Below, piece by piece: positions 9,545 through 17,582 of a stretch of 32,000 nt of DNA. Within the stretch, counting starts at the first letter, position 1, and every line of letters begins with the position of its first letter. The position numbers and the translations under genes are program-made. The stretch is from Candidatus Nanopusillus sp. Lineage in GTDB: Archaea; Nanobdellota; Nanobdellia; Nanobdellales; Nanobdellaceae. Under the pieces are notes generated by a model. The model saw only the letters and a list, made by a program, of their open reading frames with translations. It ran no database searches and was not told the DNA's origin. The stretch covers positions 1 through 32,000 of the forward strand of contig JBMSAQ010000038.1 of assembly GCA_049414405.1 (NCBI GenBank), in the 5' to 3' direction.

Positions 9545-9587
9545 ATGTCATCATATATCAGCTAACTCCGACCTTCATCACTATTTT
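9525..9587 (-). ncRNA. C/D-box sRNA (2'-O-methylation guide RNA)
   Basis: The minus strand reads aaaaua-GUGAUGA-aggucggaguuag-CUGA-uau-AUGAUGA-cauucagauaccu-CUGA-cauuuu. Box positions: C 9581-9575, D' 9561-9558, C' 9554-9548, D 9534-9531. There are two 13-nt guides and a 3-nt D'-C' linker. A 5-bp A:U terminal stem pairs 9583-9587 with 9525-9529. The RNA overlaps the ATPase stop codon (9542-9544) in antisense. Confidence 0.75.
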
Positions 9588-9616
9588 TAATAATATTAAT
9601 ATTAAATATAATCTTT

Positions 9617-10744
9617 ATGGATCTCCCAAAAGTATCAATTATATTTCCTATTTATAAAAGAAGTAAATATTTGGAAAATAATATTCAAAAAATATTAGAA
9701 GATCCTTATCCAAACGATCTAAAAGAAATAATAATATCTATAGACTCACCGGAAGATGACTTCTTAAATAAATTATTAGAATTAAAAAACAAATATAAAA
9801 ATATAATATTGATTATATCAAAAGACAGAAGAGGAAAAGTTTCCGCAACTAATGATGCGGTAAAAATCTCTTCTGGAGAAATTTTATTTTTCTTTGATGC
9901 AGATATTATCATTGATTATATTAATATAAATAGAATCGTTGAAGAATTGAAAGAATATGATATAGTAGAATTCTATAAGGAGGTAATTAAAAAGGGTTGG
10001 CTTGGTTACCTTATGTTTATAGAATTTTCTTCATATTTTGATATTATCAATCCCATGTTAAATAAAACAAAAAAACCTTTATTTCTAAATGGTAGTGGAT
10101 TTGCAACTAAAAAGAGTGTATGGAATGCAGTAGATGGCTATTCTAAAGTATATGTAGAAGATGTGGATTTTGCCATGAAAGCTGGGAAAGAGGGATATAC
10201 ATACCGTATGTCTAAAGATGTAAAAATACTAATTGAACCGTTGAAAAATTTAAGACAATGGATTGAACAAAGAAAAAGATGGAGCTTTGGATTAATAGAA
10301 GTAATGTTAAATCATCTGGATTATATGGCAGATTTTTTTATGCGCAATATGTTAATTGCTCTATTGATAATTCTACTTTTATATTTACCATACATAATAT
10401 GGGCCTATATATACATTTACTTACCGGCCTCTTTCTTATATCAAATTGCTATAGATGTATATAGAAGTCTATCCAATAATATTAGTTTTATATATTTAAT
10501 AATATTAAACCCTTCATCTATCCTCAAAATATTCAACATTCTATATCTAACCTTATTATACATAATAATAACTTCTTCTTATATATACCTACTAATTTCA
10601 ATAAGGAGAAAAAAATTATATAATTTTCTCCCATTTATACTGTTTTCAATATTGTACATACCATTATATGAAATAATCATAATATACGATATAATATACT
10701 ACGGAATATTTGAAAGAGCTCCAAAGATGAATTGGAAGGTTTAA
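9617..10744 (+). CDS. Family 2 glycosyltransferase with polytopic membrane C-terminus (processive synthase-like)
   Basis: The N-terminal SIIFPIYKRS..., DAD (FFFDADIII) and QRKRWSFG (Q-x-x-RW) motifs are followed by about 4 hydrophobic helices. Confidence 0.8.
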   Translation: MDLPKVSIIFPIYKRSKYLENNIQKILEDPYPNDLKEIIISIDSPEDDFLNKLLELKNKYKNIILIISKDRRGKVSATNDAVKISSGEILFFFDADIIIDYININRIVEELKEYDIVEFYKEVIKKGWLGYLMFIEFSSYFDIINPMLNKTKKPLFLNGSGFATKKSVWNAVDGYSKVYVEDVDFAMKAGKEGYTYRMSKDVKILIEPLKNLRQWIEQRKRWSFGLIEVMLNHLDYMADFFMRNMLIALLIILLLYLPYIIWAYIYIYLPASFLYQIAIDVYRSLSNNISFIYLIILNPSSILKIFNILYLTLLYIIITSSYIYLLISIRRKKLYNFLPFILFSILYIPLYEIIIIYDIIYYGIFERAPKMNWKV

Positions 10745-11727
10745 TGATGAAAAAAATAGTAATATTGGGGACTTCATCTTCAATACCTACTGAAAGTAGA
10801 AATCATCCAGGGATATTTATAAAATTCAATAAGAAAGGAATTTTATTAGATTGTGGAGAAAATATACAGAGGCAATTAAGGATAATGAAAATCTCACCAA
10901 CAGATATTGATTACATATTAATTACACATTGGCATGGGGATCATGTACTAGGATTACCAGGTATTTTTCAAAGTTTATCTAGCATGAATTATAATAAAGA
11001 ATTAAATATAATAATTCCGAAAGAAAATATAAAAAACTTAAGAAGAATAATTGAAGATTTTATTATCCCAATAAACTTTGACATAAGTATAATAGAAGCT
11101 AGAGAAGGCCTAATAGTTGATGAAGAAGATTTTCAAATATATGGAATAATGACAAAACATTCCATAACTTCCTATTCATATTATATTATAGAAAAAGATT
11201 ATATTAAACTAGATAAGAATTTATTAAAAAAATATAATATAAAAGATAAAGAATTAATTAAAAAATTAAAGGAGGGTAAAGAAATTGAAATAGACGGTAA
11301 AATAATATCTTATAAGGAGATTGGACATATAAAGAAAGGAATTAAAATTACATATATTACTGATACGATATTTTTTGATAAATTAATCGATTTTGCAAAA
11401 GATAGTACAATATTAATATCAGAATCTACTTATTTTTTCCAACCAGATTTAGCAAAAAAGAATATGCATATGGATTTTTTAGAAGTTAGAGAAATATTTA
11501 ATAGGAGTAGTAGCAAGATATTATTATTGACACATTTTAGTCAGAGATATGAAAAGGAAATGGAAAATATAAGGAAGGATATTGAAGAAAAAAATGAAAA
11601 TATCTGTATATTAGATGATTTTGATGAGATAAATATATACAAAAATAAAGTAGAATTAAAATTAAAGAGAAAGAAAATTGCTTACAAATATGATGAAAAA
11701 ACTGGAGAAGTACTAAGACTCTATTAA
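10744..11727 (+). CDS. rnz: Ribonuclease Z (tRNA 3' endonuclease), metallo-beta-lactamase fold
   Basis: ILGTSSSIPT...RNHPG, the HWHGDH motif, and C-terminal LTHFSQRY. I prefer the ATG at 10744 (TAATG overlap with the GT2 stop) over the TTG at 10732 given in the ORF track. Confidence 0.8.
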   Translation: MMKKIVILGTSSSIPTESRNHPGIFIKFNKKGILLDCGENIQRQLRIMKISPTDIDYILITHWHGDHVLGLPGIFQSLSSMNYNKELNIIIPKENIKNLRRIIEDFIIPINFDISIIEAREGLIVDEEDFQIYGIMTKHSITSYSYYIIEKDYIKLDKNLLKKYNIKDKELIKKLKEGKEIEIDGKIISYKEIGHIKKGIKITYITDTIFFDKLIDFAKDSTILISESTYFFQPDLAKKNMHMDFLEVREIFNRSSSKILLLTHFSQRYEKEMENIRKDIEEKNENICILDDFDEINIYKNKVELKLKRKKIAYKYDEKTGEVLRLY

Positions 11728-12153
11728 TTTTTTCAATTCTTTCTTTAATTCTTCTAACTCAGCAGATATCTCATCTAATTCTTTTTTAATTTGATCATCT
11801 TTTTTGTTATTTTCTTCTTTTATTACTTCAATCTTTAGTTTCTTCTTTGCTTTCTTTTTTTCTTTAATTTCTAATTTATTTAGTTCCTCAAAATTAATCT
11901 CTTTATATAATTCTTCTATCTCCTTTGTCTCTGGTAATGAATTCAATAGTTCATCTATTATATCATTTATAGACCTCACATTTTCCAATAGTTTATCCAA
12001 TCTATTGCTTCTAACTTCATGATCTTTTATATTATGCAATACATCATATAATTGTAAATATATATTTTTCTTTATTCTTTTAATTATCCTCAATATATCT
12101 TTCTCAGATTTTATTTCAACATATAGATTGTCTAGGGACATTTTATGAACCAT
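11713..12153 (-). CDS. Charged coiled-coil protein, function unknown
   Basis: K/E-rich heptad-like sequence. Candidate starts are 12153 (4 nt after the tRNA-Gly 3' end) or the internal ATG at 12141. The 3' end overlaps the rnz 3' end by 15 nt (convergent). Confidence 0.55.
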   Translation of the reverse strand: MVHKMSLDNLYVEIKSEKDILRIIKRIKKNIYLQLYDVLHNIKDHEVRSNRLDKLLENVRSINDIIDELLNSLPETKEIEELYKEINFEELNKLEIKEKKKAKKKLKIEVIKEENNKKDDQIKKELDEISAELEELKKELKKLIES

Positions 12154-12157
12154 CTTA

Positions 12158-12228
12158 TGCGCCGGCCGGGATTCGAACCCGGGTCTTAGGCTAGGCAGGC
12201 CTACATCCTACCACTAGACTACCGGCGC
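12158..12228 (-). tRNA. tRNA-Gly (anticodon GCC), no encoded CCA
   Basis: Cloverleaf folded by hand: acceptor GCGCCGG/CCGGCGC, D arm GUCU-AGUGGUA-GGAU, anticodon arm UAGGC-CUGCCUA-GCCUA, 4-nt variable loop, T arm CCGGG-UUCGAAU-CCCGG, discriminator A. Position 37 is U, which is unusual because a purine is expected there. Confidence 0.9.
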
Positions 12229-12236
12229 TCTCCATT

Positions 12237-12911
12237 CTATCTAAATATATCTAACACACTATTTATATTACTTTTCGATTCTTCCAATTTTTCTTTTAAT
12301 CCTCTTATACTTTCTAGTCTTTTGTTTTCATCTTCTTTTAATTCGCTAACTATTTTTTCTATTTCAGACATCTTTTCTTTTAATTGCTTTAATAATTCTC
12401 TAACCCTTTTATAATCTTCTATCTTTATTAATAATTCTTTTTTTACTTCTAATGATTCTTCATCTTTTAAATGTCTTTTATGAACCTTTTCTTTAACTTT
12501 TTCTTTTAATAAAGGTTTGGTTTCCTGCAAAGGTAGTTGTTGTACTTGCTGGGCACCGATACTTGGAAATCCAAATGGTTGTTGGTTTTGGTTTCCAAAT
12601 CCTCCAAATTGTTGATTGCTAGTACCTTGAGCTACTCCAAAACTTGTTTGTTGACCCATTTCAGCGAATGATTGTTGACTAAACCCTTGATTTCCAAATG
12701 TTAGTTGCTGGTTTTGGTTTCCAAATCCTCCAAAGCTACCCGGGTTTGTATTATAATCATAGAGATTTTGGCTAGTTCCTGGCATACCATAATTACCACC
12801 CATATCCATTGACATACCACCCATCCCCCCAAGTTGGTTTTTTAAATTATCCAGATCTCCATAAAATTCCCCCTCATTCTTATTCTTTTTCTTAAATAAA
12901 CCCACTGCCAT
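12237..12911 (-). CDS. Protein with a Q/N/G-rich FG-repeat low-complexity domain plus a C-terminal coiled coil, function unknown
   Basis: Residues about 27-125 contain 7 FG dipeptides in a Q/N/S/T/G matrix (SFGGFGNQNQQLTFGNQGF...QQFGGFGNQNQQPFGFPS). The C-terminal about 90 aa is a K/E-rich coiled coil. Codon periodicity and an in-frame repeat support coding. Confidence 0.65.
   Translation of the reverse strand: MAVGLFKKKNKNEGEFYGDLDNLKNQLGGMGGMSMDMGGNYGMPGTSQNLYDYNTNPGSFGGFGNQNQQLTFGNQGFSQQSFAEMGQQTSFGVAQGTSNQQFGGFGNQNQQPFGFPSIGAQQVQQLPLQETKPLLKEKVKEKVHKRHLKDEESLEVKKELLIKIEDYKRVRELLKQLKEKMSEIEKIVSELKEDENKRLESIRGLKEKLEESKSNINSVLDIFR
12583..12734 (-). repeat. Perfect 26-nt direct repeat, in frame, inside the FG-repeat gene
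   Basis: tggttttggtttccaaatcctccaaa occurs at 12583-12608 and 12709-12734, which is 126 nt (42 codons) apart. Both copies encode FGGFGNQNQ. Confidence 0.9.
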
Positions 12912-12947
12912 ATAATATAATTAACAAGTCATAAAATATAAATTTTA

Positions 12948-15761
12948 TTATTCAAAAAATACAATAGCTGGTTTGTATGGCATTGCCCTACCTTTTTTTG
13001 ATTCTTTTGATTCTTCTTCATATTCTATAATTATATCTCTGACATTTAATTCGGATTTAAATAAAGCTACAGCACAATTTAATAGCTCATATTCTTTTTC
13101 TCTATTCAAAAACTCATCAAGCACATATATATTTCTCTTTACAAACAACAATATGTCTTTATAATTTTGATACTCATTCAGAAATTCATCAATCCAGCTT
13201 TTATTATTTCTTAATTTATTAAATAATTCATATTTTTCTTTACTTGCTATTATTATTTTTATTTTATTAAATTTTTTGTTATTCATTAATATTTTTAACT
13301 TTATTAGATCATCCCTTACAGATTTTACATATTTTTCATATTTTTCGTATTCATCTGTATAACTTAAATTTTCTGGATATTTTATATTAAATGGATCTAA
13401 ACCAATTTTTTCAAATATTTCAGAAATAATATGAGGGACTATTGGGTACAAAAATATAGCTTTATATTCAATATATTTGTTTATAATTATTCCATTTATC
13501 TTGTTCAAAGATCTCTTTAAGTACCATTCAAAAGAATTGTCTAATTCAAATATCTTATTAATAACATTCATATAATTTAATTTTTCATATTCATCTTCAA
13601 TTTCCTTTGCTAATTTATTTAACTTATTTTCAAACCACAGATCAATATAACTTTTTTCGTATTCTTGATATTTGTTGTAATTTTCTATTGAATAATTATA
13701 AAATGATATTAGATATTTCGTAACAAATTCTGATTTATTTAAGTCTATCTTTGCATCATCATAAGATGAATTTGTTGACATTGCAATAATAAATCTTATT
13801 ATATCCGCAGAATATTTTCTTAAAGCATCTCTTAGTGATATATAATTTCCTAAAGATTTAGACATTTTTCTTCCTAATACATCTACAGCATATCCGTTTA
13901 TAGCAATTCCTCTTGGCCAATATTTTTTATCAAATGTTGCAACATGATGAAATATATAGAAACATAGATGATTTGGGATTAAATCTTTTCCAGAACTTCT
14001 TAAATCAATAGGATACCAATATTCAAATTCTTCCTTCATCTTTTTCACAATATTTCCATATTTCCTTATTATTTCCTCTTCATTTCCTTTATTCAAAAAT
14101 ATATAATCAAATAAATCATCTTCAATTTTATTTGGATCTATATTTTTTATTAAATGGGCAATTGTATAAAATGCCATATATATTGTAGAATCTGATAATG
14201 ATTCTATGACCCAAGATTTATCCCAAGGTAGATATGTTCCCAATTCATCCTTATTATGTGCACATGCCCAATCTTTTAACCAATCAATCTTCTGATGAAA
14301 ATCTTGTTTTATGTAATCAGGATAAAAGTTCATATTATCTATACATTCATGAGCAAGTTTTTTCCATTCAGAATCTGAATATTTTAAGAACCATTGGTTA
14401 TCTATGATTTTTACAATGCATAAGTTCCCATATCTAGATTCGAATCTTGGCTTTAATGTATAATGTACTTTTGCTATATTTTTTTCTATAAAATCTTTAG
14501 CTATATTATCCTTGGCTTCATATATTTTCATACCACTATATTTTCCAAAAACATCTGTTAATATTCCATTATAATATTCTAAAGAATATATTTCTCTTGT
14601 TGCTTCTTCTAATTTTTGTACATCTTTCTGACTATTTATTTTCATTTTTTCAACAATCTCTTTTGCCGGTATATTATATCCAGGAACATTGAATAAAACT
14701 TTCATGCCATCTAAACATTTCTTTGCTATCTCTTTGTATTCTGTATCTAATAGATCTATTAATCCAATATAATCATATGGGGCATGAGATGGAACACTCA
14801 TGACAATACCACTTCCAGTCTTTATATCTACAAATTCTGCGGGCAATATTGGTAATTCTTCATTTGTTAATGGATTTATACATTTTTTTCCTATTAATTC
14901 TTTAACATTAATATCTTTAATTTTTTCTAATTTATATCTTTGTGCATTAAATTCCTCAACAATTATTGTATCTGGTAATATATATTTATTACCACTTTCT
15001 TTATCTAAGTATATTGAATATTTTTCATTTGGATTTATCCATATATTAGTCACCCCATATAATGTTTCTGGCCTCAAAGTAAATACAGGTAATATTATAT
15101 CTTCATCTTTTAATTTAAATAAAATTATATAACCTTCTGTAGGACCTATTCCAGCATATTCATCCGCCCTATCATGGTCTCCAACAGGTATATTTACAAC
15201 TGGATCATACACTACAGGATGCTTTCCAGTTATAACTAGACCTTTCTCTTTCAATTTTCTATATTGCCATTCTATAAATTTATTATACCATGGATGTAAA
15301 TATGTTGTATAAAATTTTCTTCTCCAATCTATTGAACATCCCAAATTTTTTATATCTTCCTCAGCTTTTTCTACAAAGTATAGAGCCCATCCTGCTGGAT
15401 CCTTTAATTTTTCTATATCTTCATCAGAAACACCTTCATCTTTTAATTCTTTTATAAGTTTTTTATCCTCCTTTCTTAATTTCCATGATTTTGCAACAAT
15501 TGGAGATCCAGTTAAATGAAAACCTTGAGGAAATAATACATTATAACCTTTTAATCTCTTATACCTAGCAATAATATCTACTCTGGTTAAAGATAAGGCA
15601 GTACCAATATGAAGAAATCCACTTACATATGGGTAAGGAAATGTAACAAAAAATTTTGGCTTTTCTTTATCAGGATTTGGGTAATATACGTGTCTTTCAT
15701 CCCAGATCTTTTGCCATTTTTTCTCTACCTCTTTAAAGAATTTTATATTATTTTCATTCAT
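12948..15761 (-). CDS. leuS: Leucyl-tRNA synthetase, archaeal type
   Basis: FFVTFPYPYVSGFLHIGTALS...ARYKRLKGYNVLFPQGFHLTGSPI and RKMSKSLGN; 937 aa. The HIGH motif reads HIGT. Confidence 0.9.
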   Translation of the reverse strand: MNENNIKFFKEVEKKWQKIWDERHVYYPNPDKEKPKFFVTFPYPYVSGFLHIGTALSLTRVDIIARYKRLKGYNVLFPQGFHLTGSPIVAKSWKLRKEDKKLIKELKDEGVSDEDIEKLKDPAGWALYFVEKAEEDIKNLGCSIDWRRKFYTTYLHPWYNKFIEWQYRKLKEKGLVITGKHPVVYDPVVNIPVGDHDRADEYAGIGPTEGYIILFKLKDEDIILPVFTLRPETLYGVTNIWINPNEKYSIYLDKESGNKYILPDTIIVEEFNAQRYKLEKIKDINVKELIGKKCINPLTNEELPILPAEFVDIKTGSGIVMSVPSHAPYDYIGLIDLLDTEYKEIAKKCLDGMKVLFNVPGYNIPAKEIVEKMKINSQKDVQKLEEATREIYSLEYYNGILTDVFGKYSGMKIYEAKDNIAKDFIEKNIAKVHYTLKPRFESRYGNLCIVKIIDNQWFLKYSDSEWKKLAHECIDNMNFYPDYIKQDFHQKIDWLKDWACAHNKDELGTYLPWDKSWVIESLSDSTIYMAFYTIAHLIKNIDPNKIEDDLFDYIFLNKGNEEEIIRKYGNIVKKMKEEFEYWYPIDLRSSGKDLIPNHLCFYIFHHVATFDKKYWPRGIAINGYAVDVLGRKMSKSLGNYISLRDALRKYSADIIRFIIAMSTNSSYDDAKIDLNKSEFVTKYLISFYNYSIENYNKYQEYEKSYIDLWFENKLNKLAKEIEDEYEKLNYMNVINKIFELDNSFEWYLKRSLNKINGIIINKYIEYKAIFLYPIVPHIISEIFEKIGLDPFNIKYPENLSYTDEYEKYEKYVKSVRDDLIKLKILMNNKKFNKIKIIIASKEKYELFNKLRNNKSWIDEFLNEYQNYKDILLFVKRNIYVLDEFLNREKEYELLNCAVALFKSELNVRDIIIEYEEESKESKKGRAMPYKPAIVFFE

Positions 15762-15815
15762 AAAGTAGTTTAAATATAAAAATACTTTTAAAATTATTTT
15801 TTATGATTTTATTAA

Positions 15816-16433
15816 ATGGCGTATAGTAAAAAGTATGCTGATTGGAGTAAAAAGGTATGGGTGGATATATATGCACCTGTAGAAATTTTTAATGAAAATA
15901 AAATTGGAGAAACACCGGTATATAAAGACAATGTTGAAAATGTTATTGGAAGATTGATAGATTTGAATCTTGCATTCGTATTAAATAATTTTAAATATCA
16001 AAATTATAAGGTTATTTTTCGAATAAATAAAATATCTGGACTGAAAGCATACACAGAAGTAAAGGAAATAATGTTATATCCATCATATATAAGAAGAATA
16101 ACTAGAAAAGGAACATCAAAGATAGAAGATTCATTTATAGTAAAAACAAGTGATGGATACGAAGTAAGGATAAAATCATTAGTTATTACAAGATTTAAAG
16201 CTCATAGATCACAAAAAACTGAAATAAGGAAAACATACAGAAAATATTTGGAAGAAAAAGCTTCTTCATTAAAATATTATGAGCTAATTGAAAAAGCAAT
16301 AAATTATGACCTACAAAATGAAATAAAGCCAATATTGAACAAAATATTTCCAGTTAATAATGTTGAAATGAGGAGAATAACAAAAATAAGCAAGGTTAAT
16401 CGGAAAATTCTACAAACAGTAGAAAATAAATAA
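15816..16433 (+). CDS. rps3ae: Ribosomal protein eS1 (S3Ae)
   Basis: The N-terminal ...KKVWVDIYAPVEIF... and a length of about 205 aa are typical of archaeal S3Ae. Its stop codon directly abuts the stop of the convergent gene at 16434. Confidence 0.85.
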   Translation: MAYSKKYADWSKKVWVDIYAPVEIFNENKIGETPVYKDNVENVIGRLIDLNLAFVLNNFKYQNYKVIFRINKISGLKAYTEVKEIMLYPSYIRRITRKGTSKIEDSFIVKTSDGYEVRIKSLVITRFKAHRSQKTEIRKTYRKYLEEKASSLKYYELIEKAINYDLQNEIKPILNKIFPVNNVEMRRITKISKVNRKILQTVENK

Positions 16434-17582
16434 TTATTTTTTAATTTCTATTAAAAATCCTTTAAGATATGATAATTCTTTGTGAGGAAATATGACTTTA
16501 TGATCTAAAGCTTGATTAAATTTATACAATATTTCAAATTTTTTATTTTTTCTTCTTATTAATGTTCTAATTAATGAATAAAATTTTCTTTCATTCAAAT
16601 CTTGAGAACATGAGAATGTTATTAAATATCCTTCATCAATTAGGTCTAAAGCAATAGAATTTATTAATATAAAACTTCTAATTCCCTTTTCATAATCTTC
16701 TGCTAATAAATCTGGAGGATCTAATATTATTATATCAAATTTTCTTTTTTCTAAATAAAATTGCTTTAATATTTTATATGCATTACCATTTATGACATTA
16801 TAATTTTCTATATTATTTAATTTCAAATTCTTATATAACATACTAGCAGCTTCTTTATTTTTTTCAACAAAATATTTTTCTTCCCCATTAATAATTATGC
16901 CAAAAGATCCTGAATACGAAAATACATCCAAAATCTTATCTCCATATAATTGACTAACGATCTTTCTATTTTCTCTTTGATCCAAAAACCATCCTGTTTT
17001 TTGTCCTTTTAATATATTTATATAAAATTTTTTATTGACTTCCTCTATTTCAGTCTCATATTTATTCCCATAAATAAACCTTTCTATAGGTTTTAAATAA
17101 GCTCTTTCTCTCTGTTTTCCAATACTTTTCTCATAAATAGTAATATCTTTTCCATATATATCTATTAATGCATTCTTGAGTAGGTTTATATTCTTATCAA
17201 AAAAGGCATTTGAATTTTGTATTACAAATATATCATTATATTTATCTATGATTAAACCAGATAAGAAATCAGATTCTGAATATACTAATCTATAATGATT
17301 TTTATAATTTATTCTTTTTTCTCTATATTCTCTTGCCTTTTTTATTTTTTCCTTTATCTCATTATATACATCTATGTCTTCATTATACGAAAATATTCTA
17401 ATATAATGATATGGGTCTTTTGGATTTATTACTCCCCAAGCTAGAAAATTATTATTATATTTTAATTTAACCAATTCGCCAGGCTCAGCTTCAATCCTTT
17501 TAACCCAATTTACAGAAAAAACATGTCTTCCTTTTTTTATCTCTCTCTTTACTCTTTCTCCAATTTCAATTTCATATTGCAT
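16434..17582 (-). CDS. PUA-domain class I SAM-dependent RNA methyltransferase (RlmI/PH1915-like)
   Basis: N-terminal PUA-like region (GELVKL...FLAWGVINP), QKTGWFLDQRENR, a SAM-binding VFSYSGSFG, and the DPPD motif (IILDPPDL). Confidence 0.75.
   Translation of the reverse strand: MQYEIEIGERVKREIKKGRHVFSVNWVKRIEAEPGELVKLKYNNNFLAWGVINPKDPYHYIRIFSYNEDIDVYNEIKEKIKKAREYREKRINYKNHYRLVYSESDFLSGLIIDKYNDIFVIQNSNAFFDKNINLLKNALIDIYGKDITIYEKSIGKQRERAYLKPIERFIYGNKYETEIEEVNKKFYINILKGQKTGWFLDQRENRKIVSQLYGDKILDVFSYSGSFGIIINGEEKYFVEKNKEAASMLYKNLKLNNIENYNVINGNAYKILKQFYLEKRKFDIIILDPPDLLAEDYEKGIRSFILINSIALDLIDEGYLITFSCSQDLNERKFYSLIRTLIRRKNKKFEILYKFNQALDHKVIFPHKELSYLKGFLIEIKK

Noticed and set aside
10732-10743. 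TTG start for RNase Z as given in the ORF track (MEGLMMKK...)
   Set aside because: An ATG at 10744 forms a TAATG stop/start overlap with the upstream GT2 gene. It yields the expected MMKKIVILGTSS N-terminus, so the TTG extension is unnecessary.
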